Origin: Saprolegnia diclina VS20
Taxonomy: Eukaryota
Length of the DNA: 64,000 nucleotides
Reading direction: 5' to 3'
Assembly: GCF_000281045.1 (NCBI RefSeq)
Contig: NW_008246070.1
Span: 1,224,193-1,288,192, forward strand
Shown: one piece after another, positions 43,489-53,855 of the stretch
How the letters are laid out: each line of letters opens with the position of its first letter
How positions within the stretch are numbered: the first letter of the stretch is position 1
Position numbers and translations under genes: made by a program
Notes under the pieces: model-generated
The model's database searches: none
The model's input: the letters and a program-made list of their open reading frames with translations, nothing else
Told to the model about the DNA's origin: nothing

Positions 43489-44987
43489 ATGCTCGAGATG
43501 AACAAGGAGTCGCTGCGCAAGATCTGCAAGGACCTCGACCTCTACTCGACGCCGAGCATCAACGATCGCCTCTACCTCCACTACAAGGTGGGCCAACTAC
43601 TGCAGGCTAGAGGCTAAGGCAGCTCCTGCCAGGGCTTTCGCCGCATCGAGAATCTCGAGGCATACACGGAGCTCAAGGTCCTTTGGCTCGAGGGCAATGG
43701 CTTCAGCAAGATCGAGGGTCTTGAGAACCAAACGAAGCTTCGGTCGCTCTTCCTGCACGAAAACCTTCTCGAGAAGATCGAAGGCCTTGGTAGCCAGGTA
43801 CAGGACGGCGTCGACAGCAACTTCGACACCACGCTGCTGTAGACGCTTCTCGACACGCTCAATCTGACGCAGAATCACATTTCGAAGATCGAGAACCTCA
43901 GTCACATGCAAGCGCTCACGGTATTCCCGATACCCACGGCGATAGACATAGCTCATGACGATACTCGCGTTTGCAGAACTTGTCGATGAAGGGCAACTAC
44001 CTTCGGACCGCCGACGACATTCGCCACGTGCTCGAGCTACCAACGCTCGCCGTGCTCGACATCCAGAGTAACCGCATCGCAGACGTCGACGTTGTGGACA
44101 TCCTGGCGGCCATGCCCAACCTCCGCGTCTTGTACCTTCAAGTACACAAAACATCACTTGCGATTCCGAGTGGACGCGTCCGGTAGGGCAACGACGTCGT
44201 CAAGCACATCAAGCACTACCGCAAGACGATCATCTCGCGCTGCAAGGAGCTCCGGTACCTCGACGACCGCCCCGTCTTTGACGAGGAGCGCCGGCGCGTC
44301 ACGGTACATCCGTCCTCGCTGAATATGACTGCTGACGTCAAGGACGTGGCAGGCGTGGGGCCGCGTCATGGAGGAGACGAACGGCGACGTGGACGCAGCC
44401 CTCGAGGCCGAGCGTGCCGAGCTCGCACTCATTCGCCAAGAAAAGAAGGACAAGGACGAAGCCAACTTTCGGTACTTTGAGGACATGATGCGCGCCGGCA
44501 AGGCAGAGCGCGAGCGTCGAGAGCGCGAACTCCACGACAACCAACGCGAGGCTGAGGTGCGGATTGCGTCATTGGGACGCGTAGGATATAAACACCAACT
44601 ATGTATTAGGTGAGTCCGTACAGCGGCGAAAAGATCCTGCACGTCGAAGATTGCGCCATGGTCCATGAAGCCCGCGAACGCCGGTGGGCCGACGTGGTCA
44701 ACGACGAGGCGCCGCCGCTGAGCACGCCGATCCTTGTGGACGCAGACCGCCTCAAGCTGCTACATGACTGCGCCAGTGTCGGCACCGGTGCCGTCACCCA
44801 AGCCGACGCGTTCGTGGCTGAGAATTTCAAGGAGAAAGCCCAGACCAAGATCGCGGCATTCCAAGCCATGGAAGGACCCAAGGGTCATTTTTCATCGCTC
44901 CTTGCGTCTGCGCAGGCCGACATGGCCGCGACACCGACACCGACCCTCTCGACAAATGCGCACACGGACCTCAGTGAGCTCGATTGA
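43489..44987 (+). CDS. DNAAF1: Dynein axonemal assembly factor 1 (LRRC50/ODA7), leucine-rich repeats; multi-exon
   Basis: [56 protein letters not shown]22-like LRRs; [26 protein letters not shown]...ALEAERAE. Confidence 0.92.
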
Positions 44988-45815
44988 ACAAGGTGACTTC
45001 GAGATTCGGTGGTAATGCATTAAACTATACTTGTTCATAAAACATCGACCTGTGGCGACACCGAGAGCTGGATGGACAGTGTCAACAGACTCCTGAGTGC
45101 ACCTAGCCCCAACTGGTGCACCTGGTGCAGCTTGTGCACGGGATAAAGTCGCAGAGCGTAAATAAACACGTGGGCCATCCTTTAAAAGTTGCAGTCGATG
45201 TTTTGAGTGATCGAAACAAGATCTAGAGGAGGGTGGTTTGCAAAGACGGTCCTATACTTGGCTGTCAAACCGGGACTATCGCAGCGTAAACGACAGCGAG
45301 TGCATTGGGGTATAAGATTCCTGGCAGCGAATCGCTGGTTGTGTGTTTGAACGAAAACAACTCGTGGTTTCAACACGCAAATTGCCTTCGTGTGGCTCAC
45401 GAATCCTGCAGTGGCGGCAACATATCGATTTCATTTGTAGAAATTCCGAAAACGCTAAAGTGTGCAGGGTACAGTAGCGCTTGGATGAACATGATATTTG
45501 CTCAAAAATAGGCCGACGCAAGATGTTTTGATTGGCGTTAAGGGGAAGCTGACCCGGAGGTCCATGCTTGCTGGTGCTACCTGCTGCCCTTTTGCACCTC
45601 TCAAGTAGCTTCCATGCCACTCGCGGAGGCTTCAGTGATGGGCCATTGTTAACGTGGACGTCTACGGGCACAACTACAAAACTCGTGCACAGTAGCCCAC
45701 GAGCAATACAAAAGTCAATATAGACATTGTGTCCTTGATCGCCGCATCAAAGCAGCCCCAAGGCTCCGTTTCACAGCATAAGGACGAGCCGCTACTACTA
45801 GAAGGCATCGAGAGC

Positions 45816-46962
45816 TTAGCTCGGCGGCCCCGACGCGCGTGCTGGCCACGCGCCGCACGTCTTGCAAAAGTACTGCTCGGGGCGCTCGAGTTGAAAGCCG
45901 CACTGGATGCAAGGGTCCGAGTCGAAGCGCTTCACCGTGCAAGTCCATACCCCGGGTGTGGCTCCTCGGTGGGCTTGCGTGGTGCTTGGTGGCAGCGGCG
46001 GCTCGACGGAGGTCGCATCTTCTTGACGAAAGATGCGCTTGAAGATTCTGTAGTAGTGCAAGTGCTCGGGGTCTCGGATCACGATGCCATCGCCCACAAA
46101 CACTGCGCGCTTCTCCGCCTCAAAGTTCGCTGGGTCCGCTCGCTCTTGAAAGAGCGTTGCGAGAGGCGTCGTGCCCGAGCCTACGCACCGAATATATAGG
46201 TCAAGCAGATTCCCGTATGACCGTCTTCGTACCTGTTTCCAGCGGCACCTTTGTGCGCCAGCACGAGGTCGCTTCCGGGAACGCTTGGCGCAAAATGAGC
46301 TTGCCATGGACGAGCGCGCTCTTATGGGGGTCGACACCAACCAAGTCGTCTTTCGAGCACGTGAGCGCGAACGCAATGACATCGGGATGGACAAACGGCT
46401 GGTGCACGGTGATACCGAGCGCTGCGCCGATCGCTGTGCCGCAAAACTTCATGTGCGCCGACGCCCGCTGGATCCACGCGAGAAGTTTCTCTTCGGACTG
46501 CGACGTCAAGAACGAGTAGCCCGCAAAGAGCTCGTCGGCGGCGTCGCCCGTGACGATCGACGTGATGCCAATTGCCTTTGCGTGCTGCAGCGCCTTGGTG
46601 ATGGCGACACCACCACGCAGATCCATGGGGTCGAACGTCTCCAAGATCCGAATTGTAAGCGCCAAAGCGCCGTCGGGATCGTCGTTCACGAGGTCCATCG
46701 GGTCGGGATAGCTCAGAACGTGGTGCGTCAATCCGTGCGCGGATGCGATCGCTGTCGCGTAGGCGAGATCGTGCTCAGGTTTGTCCGTGGGACCGCAGGA
46801 CACCGTGATGGCGTCCGTAAAGCGGTGGCCAGAGGGAGTGTCCACGATGATCGACGTATCGAGGCCGCCAGAGAGAAGAACGGCCGTCGTCGCCGACGGG
46901 ATCGCGGCCATCGACCGCAAGAGCACCGCGCGGGCCTCGGCGATCTTGGCCCCAGATGTCAT
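45816..46962 (-). CDS. Asparagine-synthase C-terminal (ATP-pyrophosphatase) domain protein lacking the glutaminase domain, with a C-terminal Zn ribbon; 1 intron
   Basis: LLSGGLDTS (PP-loop) about 28 residues from the start; TGDAADELFAGY; HQPF; GKLILRQAF; WRTKVPLETGSG; IRDPEHLHYYRIF; CIQCG...FCKTCGAWP. Confidence 0.85.
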
Positions 46963-47481
46963 CCGGAAGAATGCTACATGCCGGATACGGCCAAATGACG
47001 CTCTGAGGACATCATCGTCGATAAGGCTTGAGCCTTAGCGCCGTGCCGACATTGGCGCGGTCTCTCAACGGCGGTGCCAATGTGGGCAAATCAGAGTTGA
47101 CCTGATCGCGGCGACGAGGCGATGGACGCATCGCCGTGTCTTTGGCACTCGCACAGAAGACAAGCAATGCAGTAACTGGCTGCGGACTGCACAGCAAGCA
47201 CTACCACGCCTGGTAGCTACCACATCCGGTAGCTCAAGGAGGTACATGGCTCGAATCGACAAGCTTGGCGGTGGACGGTTGGGTCCTCACTGCGGGACAG
47301 CTCTGCGGGACGATGTCGAGGGATCTTTTTCGAGAAACCGGATACGGCGCGCGCCAATCACACGCAAGGAGCAAGATGCTCTTGGTGTTTGTATGCTGGT
47401 GTGTCGCATCCGGATACTGCGCACCGCGGCCGGCTTCGGCCATTTTGACTTCGCCAGCAGCGAGAAACAAGCAGACGAAGC

Positions 47482-49076
47482 ATGGTGATCAACTCGCCGT
47501 ACCACTCGTCGATGGGCAAGGAGATCGAGAAGGCCTGCAAGATCCTTGATGCGTTCTTCGACCCGAAAGTCGACGCGGACAAGGCCATCCCGTTCGAGCT
47601 CATCCAGAACGCCGCAGGCATTGCGTTCCTGACGGTGATCAAAGCCGGTATGATCTGGACGGGCAAGGTGGGCACTGGTGTCGTGCTCTCCCGCCTTGAT
47701 GATGGCGCGTGGAGCCCACCGTCTGGCATTGGCACGGCTGGCGTTGGCTTTGGTGCGGAAATCGGCGGTGAAATCATCGACTTTATGATCATCCTCGGCT
47801 CGCCCAGCGCTGTGCAGTCGTTCAAGAAAGGCACACAGGTACCGCGGCTGTTGCTACGATCTGCTCTTATGATTGTGGTGTAGCTCTCGGTGGGTGCTGG
47901 CTTGGAGCTTGCCGTCGGTCCCGTCGGTCGTGCTGGTGGCGCCAACGTCAACGCTGGTGGCAGCGGCTTTAGCAGCAACTACACGTACAGTCACGCAAAG
48001 GGCCTCTTTGCCGGTGTTGGCCTCCACGGCTCGACCATCATGGTTCGCGGTGAAATGAACAACGAGTTTTACGGCAAGGAGGTGTCGCCAATGCAGATTC
48101 TGAGCGGTCACGTCGCGCCGCCGCCGGGGTCGTGCGACCGTCTCTACGAGACGCTTCAGCGCGCGTGCTTCGGCGACATGGGCTCCTCCGGCCGCTCCGG
48201 TCTTTCCGAGGTACAAGTCGCATTCTAAGGATAAGCTCATCACACGGATGGTGTAGCCGATGCAAGCCATTCCGCCGTCGGCCTACGGGCGCAGCAGCAT
48301 GACCGACTACAGCGATCAGCGCCGGTCGTTCAACAGCAGCAGCGGTTCGTCGTCGTCGACCTCGTACAACCCGCCGTCATCGCGCACTGCTGCGCCGTCC
48401 AACTATGACCCGGTGGCGCGCAACTCGATCTTGGGCTCGAGCGCCGATAGCGACGTGTCGAAAGAGACGGACCCGCGCCTGCGTCGGTACAGCAGCTACA
48501 AGAACGAGAAGGACCTCTACGCCCAGTTTGCCAAGAAGGCTCCGACGCACACGAGTCAGCCGTCGGCGTACGCGCCGGCTCAGGCCAACACGGGGTATTA
48601 CGCGCAACCGACCGCGGCCGCGGCCCCCACGGGCTACTATTCGCAACCAGCAACCACAAGTTACGCACAACCGACGGCCCCGAGTTACGCGCAACCGACG
48701 GGTTATGCCGCGCCGGTAACGTCGTCGCGGGCGGCGCCATCGATGCCGCCGGCCGCGGAAGGGGCCGAGACCAAGCAAGTCTTTGGTGAAGTGATTCAGT
48801 TCATGACGACGCGTGTGCCGCACGCCGACCTCTCGACGTTCAAGGACAACTGCCGCCGGTTTGGCCAGGACCAAATGTCGATCGACGCGTTCTTCTTTTA
48901 CCTCAACTCGATCTGCACGTCGAGTTTGCTCAAGGAGCTCATGCCCAAGCTTGTGCGGTTGCTGCCGACGCCCGAGAAGCGCGTCGCCATGTGGGTACGT
49001 TCACGCGAAATTCCATCCCTCCGTTCTGACGATGTCCTACGGTCTCTAGGATCTGTACGTCAAACACGTCTACTAA
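47482..49076 (+). CDS. Ysc84/SYLF (SH3YL1-like) lipid/actin-binding domain protein with a C-terminal helical domain; 3 introns
   Basis: IPFELIQNAAGIAFLTVIKAG...GTGVVLSRLDDGAWSPPSGIG..G.GFGAEIG...AVGPVGR...YSHAKGLFAGVGL...N.EFYG. Confidence 0.9.
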
Positions 49077-49237
49077 GTTGTCTCTTGGACTATATTAATA
49101 CAACTTGTACTCGCAAATATACAGAACCGAAAGACCTTTCGAGTAATTTGAAGCTGCCGACTCCAGGTACTCTCTTTTCTGATGGTTCTTAGCGGTCGCG
49201 GTTTCGATAATATTGGATTCCACGTCGAAGAGTCGCG

Positions 49238-49687
49238 ATGATCTTGACGCAAGAGGAGATCGACGCTTGCCGCGAGTCGTTTGTGCACTTTGACAGAGAC
49301 GGCTCCGGGACCATCGACAAGTATGAGCTCGCCAAGGTGCTCGAGGCAATGGGCCAGCGACCCACGGAAGAAGAGCTCTTCCAAATGATCTCCGAGGTCG
49401 ACGAGGACCACAGCGGCGAGATTGAGTTTTCCGAGTTCCTCCAAGTCATTGAGCAGCAAAAGCTCCGCGCGCTCGAGTACGACGACGAGAGCGACTTTGT
49501 CGACGCGTTCGTCGCTTGCGGCGGCGGCCCCGACAAGCAAGGCCACGTCGAGCGCCGCGTGCTCGTCCAGCTCATCAAGAAGGACTTTGGTCTCCCCATC
49601 GACATTGACAAGATGCTCGACGAGCTCGACACGGACGGGTCGGGCGAGATCGAGTACGACGAGTTCAAGGCGCTCCTCTCGCAGTGA
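49238..49687 (+). CDS. Calmodulin-like EF-hand protein, probable outer-arm dynein light chain 4 (LC4)
   Basis: EF hands DRDGSGTID, DEDHSGEIE and DTDGSGEIE. The degenerate third hand AFVACGGGPDKQGHV...DFGLPIDIDKML is characteristic of the LC4 family. Confidence 0.8.
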   Translation: MILTQEEIDACRESFVHFDRDGSGTIDKYELAKVLEAMGQRPTEEELFQMISEVDEDHSGEIEFSEFLQVIEQQKLRALEYDDESDFVDAFVACGGGPDKQGHVERRVLVQLIKKDFGLPIDIDKMLDELDTDGSGEIEYDEFKALLSQ

Positions 49688-49776
49688 AAACCGCGCCGTG
49701 ATGCGATGCGAGCAAGCTCGACGCAGATGACACAGTCGACGCAGCAGAATAGAAATGAGGATATAAGATTGACCAA

Positions 49777-50825
49777 TTACTTGCGGGGCGGCGCAATGTT
49801 CTGCGGCAACGCCTTACCGTAGCCGGACCGGAACGTCGTGCCCTGCGCACCTTCGTCGACGGGCGTCTTGTTGGAGGGCTTGGCCCATTCGAGCTTGAGA
49901 ATCAAGTGATCGTAGCCGTAGCCCTGGAGCTTGTCCATCGCCTTCTGGGCGTCCTCGCGGTAAACGTACGACACGAACGCAAAGCCACGCGACTGGAACG
50001 TCTCGCGGTCCTTGGCCAAGTACACGCGCTCGAGCGGGCCAAAGACGCGGAAGAGTTCCTTGAGATCGTCTTCGCGCGTCTCGGGCGAGATGTTGGTGAC
50101 ACGGAGCGTCGCGCTGTCCTTGTCGGACACTGGCGCGCGGACGTCGTCCGAGGGCGCCGACGCGCCACGCATCGACGGCGGCACGTACTTGCCACCGGCG
50201 GCGTGGGCAAAGCTGAGCGCACGCGTCGGGGCCGCAGCCGGCGCAGGTGTATCTTCGTCGTCGCGGGGCATGTCCGACATGTCGGTCATCGGCGCCGCCG
50301 AGTCCTTGTACGGGCACTTGAGCGTCCAATGGTCGCCGACCATACCGCAATGACGGCACACGACAATCGACTGCTTGCCGACGCCCGCAAAGATGCTTTC
50401 CTTTTCCTTCTCCTCACCGGGAAGCACATTGTCCGCGCTCGGGTCTTCCATAATGATCTACAAGTGGCCGCTAAGTACATAATTGGCGGCGCCGTCGATG
50501 CATACCGCTTCCGGGGGCGTGTACGTCACGTTGTTGTTGCTGCCTTCCTGGAGCGCCTCGCCAAACTTGCCCCACGACTAGACGCATGATGCTGGTGAGC
50601 GAGAAGGCCAAGGGCCATGGTGCCAAGCATTACCTGGCGGTCGAGCACACGCTTGCTCACGCGCGTCGTCTCGTGGACCTTCTTGATCGTGGTCGTGACC
50701 TTGACCTTGTTCTTCTCGTCGTCAAACTTCCACGACACGATCGTCTTGACGCCATCGACCTCGGTCTCCGTGCGCGGCGGCAGCACGTCGTCGTCGTCGC
50801 CCCAGCGTTGCTGTCCAAACACCAT
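49777..50825 (-). CDS. EIF3G: Eukaryotic translation initiation factor 3 subunit G; 2 introns
   Basis: RWGDDD, DGVKTIVSWKF, WGKFG, CRHCG..GDHWTLKCPY zinc knuckle, KYVPPSMR, RRM with LRVTNI and SRGFAFVSY, GYGYDHLILKLEWA. Confidence 0.97.
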
Positions 50826-52983
50826 TTTCCTGAGTTGCGCCACTTGACTGGTGCCAGCCGAGTACGATTTCCGGATACGGTGCCTCCAAAACGGGTCGTG
50901 TGTCCGGATACAGAGTGCAGTCTCTAGCACTAAATTAGTGTACAAGAGTGTATGTTATCACACTATTACATGGTCGAGATGGAGCGGCAATATGGCATTG
51001 TGCTCGAGCGCCCTCAGCGCTGGCCATGGCGCGAAAGCTCCGCTTATCCATGTACTTGTTAAGCTATGCGCGTTTGAGCTGTACTCGATGCATAGACGGG
51101 ATGCATGGTCTTCCCTACTGTGCTTCACTACCAACACTATATCTGTTGGTGTCGCAAATTGACCGCGAGAGTGACGGACGTGACGTTGACATTATTTTAG
51201 GGACTGAGCCATCGTACATCAGCATCAAGTAGTGTAAGACATACTATTCAACAGCCGTGTCCTATAAATATCAAAATGGTGTAATCTAACACTACTTTCA
51301 CAGGTTTGACACTATAGGGTGGGGGTCCTTATCCGGAATATTATCCGTACGTGGATGCCTCGACATGCATCCGGAAAAACCTTCTACTGCGTATCCGGAA
51401 TTGATTTCTCGTTAGCACACAGATTTCTGGTCCTCCTTGTCTTTGTTGTGGCACTGGTTCCGTGCTGGATACCGCTGCAGGATGCATGAAGAAGCCACGG
51501 GCCACTTATCGATGGTTGATGTGCACAGATGGCGTACGTTTAACGGCCGTAAAGCGACGGCTCGATCCTTACGCAAAAGCAGGTGCAGCTACCAGTAGGA
51601 GCGGACTCACGCGTCTCGAGGGCATACTGATTCGCCCACCCATCGCACAATCTATCCTTTCGCAGTTGGAAGCAACTCTGAAGCAGCGTCCGATGACGAA
51701 GCGGGTCGTCGGTAGTAAATTGATTGTGCAACACTGTGCCCGACATGTCGCGGTCATGCTTTCGAGCTTGCCGTCGACGGCGTGGGTCCGCGGTCACCCA
51801 AGAGCGGCCATAAGAGCGGCTATGATCTTGCGGACGGAGATCTTGATCTCTCGTGCTGCATATGCAGAAGGTCATCCATGGGCGAGACGGTCGGCCTGGC
51901 GCATGCCAATGAGGGGTCACGCGCGCGGCTTCGCAACGTCCACGTGGCGTTCGGTCTATCTTAGTGGGTTGATACACGGAGCCGTTTGTGGGGCCCGAGG
52001 ACGCCGCACGCAAATCCTATCCCTTTCTATACACTGCTGTAACGCTACATTGAAGCGAGGCGGTCGCTGCACGCTATGCAAGGTGGCGTCGGCTCGAGTA
52101 GCAACGGCCCCATCCACGCCGTTCGCTTTTTTCAAACCAGCGCCCATGATACTTCGGCGGAAGATCTTTGGGTGCGTGGCAGCTTGACAGACAAGCACGC
52201 CATTGCCTCGCCGTTCAGTGGACTTGGGTATTGCTTAGCGGGCGTAATGGATGGCTTCAAAGTCTGGTGCCGATGTATGGTGAATGGCGCACGCCAATTG
52301 GTCAACGGGTCCGAGCCCGGACCAGCTGGGGTGCCACATCCTTGATCCGAAAAGGATGCGGAATACCTTGCCGTTTGTATACAATGCGCGTGGCAACGGC
52401 AAAAAAATCCGTGGCGCCAGTCATGCTTTTGGCCAATTGGGTATCGATTCATCGTCATCGCGCCATTCGATTGGACAAAAAGGTCTCGTTGCCGCTTCTT
52501 TTTTAAATTCCGCGCTCAAGTATGCCGCAAGCAGGCGGTGCGAGATATTATTTTAGCGCCGTGTATTTAATTTGAAGCAATGGACGGTCAAGACGCCGTT
52601 GGCACGTCGCGTGTATCCTTCGAAGTCGAAGCCATCGTTTTGGCGGCTTCTGAGATCGCGGCCGACCAGACTGGGCTCTGGAATTTTATCGGCGCTTGAT
52701 CTTTTGCCAGCGTAGTAGATACCGGTACCTTTCAACTTATTAAAATACCAAAGGCCCAAGCACCCGCTTCGCAGAACCCGGGTCTCGGGTCCAACAGCAA
52801 GGCGTCATGTCCCAGGCGGACCATTTTATTGATGTCTTCTTTTTTAATGCATACAAAAAGCAAGGTGCTGTCTAAAAAAGTACGCATCTGACGGGCAGAG
52901 TGGCACTCAAGATCCAGTTGGCGATACGTTTTCAGAGGTCGCAAACACATCGTATAAAAAGCGAGAGGTGTATCGGTTCCGGA

Positions 52984-52998
52984 GCTCACTTTTGAACT
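52984..52998 (+). promoter_or_regulatory. INR-like element upstream of ORF 53003
   Basis: GCTCACTTTTGAACT immediately upstream of the ATG. Confidence 0.5.
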
Positions 52999-53002
52999 CG
53001 CC

Positions 53003-53641
53003 ATGTCCAAGGACTTTCGCAGCGCGCGCATGCTCTCGATCTCGTGCACGCAGCCGATGGCGATCCCTGCCCGCTGCGCGCCGCAGGACGACGAGAGCCC
53101 CGTCGAAAAGTCCGCGTCGGCCAAGAAGGCCAAGTGCGTCCTGAGCCTCAACGTGATCGAGGCGCCGGCCATGCGTGGCACGGCCATGTACGAGGTCAAG
53201 GTCTCGTACAACAACAACAAGCAAACGCGCATGATGAAGACGCTCAAGGAGTTTCTGACCTTTAAGAGCATGTTCCAGCTCCTGGCGCTGACATCCAAGA
53301 AGGGCAACAACTGCTGCGCCTTGTGCCAGGACGTCTCGCAGCTGCCATGCATCTCGACGCAGGTCTCGGGCCGCAGCGACAACGCCGCCGACATTCTCGA
53401 CTCATTCCTCTCGAACCTCATTGAGAAGCTCCAGGCGTGCACATCGTCCACGATCCTCGAGTGCTCGGCCCACATGGGCGTCGTGAGCATCATGACCGAG
53501 TTTCTCGAGCTGCGCAACGGCCTGTATCTGTGCCAAGAAGACGACTCGTACAGCAGCGACGAAGACACGCTGCCCATCTCCCACTGCTCGCTCTCCAAGA
53601 GCCTCTCGAAGCAGTTTGCGGCGTACGACGCTGTCTGCTAA
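53003..53641 (+). CDS. Uncharacterised 212-aa protein, possibly a divergent PX-like domain with Cys insert
   Basis: Strong coding bias. AMYEVKVSY...MMKTLKEFLTFK...CCALC...LDSFLSNL...FLEL resembles the PX-fold pattern. Confidence 0.65.
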   Translation: MSKDFRSARMLSISCTQPMAIPARCAPQDDESPVEKSASAKKAKCVLSLNVIEAPAMRGTAMYEVKVSYNNNKQTRMMKTLKEFLTFKSMFQLLALTSKKGNNCCALCQDVSQLPCISTQVSGRSDNAADILDSFLSNLIEKLQACTSSTILECSAHMGVVSIMTEFLELRNGLYLCQEDDSYSSDEDTLPISHCSLSKSLSKQFAAYDAVC

Positions 53642-53855
53642 GCGCCCTGCCGTGCCCCTCGCTCGGCGCCATGCCCACCCGATCCCTCTTATTTAAGTCT
53701 CTCTGCGCGCGAGCGGGCAAGGGCAAGGCTCGCACGTGTAGTTGTAGTTGGTTGAATCATGCTGTACCATATCTAAAAGTCAACTCGAAGCATGTGACCG
53801 TTGTCGCGATTGTCATTTTCAAACTGCTGGAGTTTCAACGTCCAAATTGCTGAAG

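Noticed and set aside
51307..51317. TGACACTATAG resembling the SP6 promoter (vector contamination)
   Set aside because: Only an 11-nt partial match, with no other vector sequence nearby.
51462..52187. 241-aa ORF in the large intergenic gap
   Set aside because: Non-ATG start, no codon bias like neighbouring genes, and no recognisable domain.
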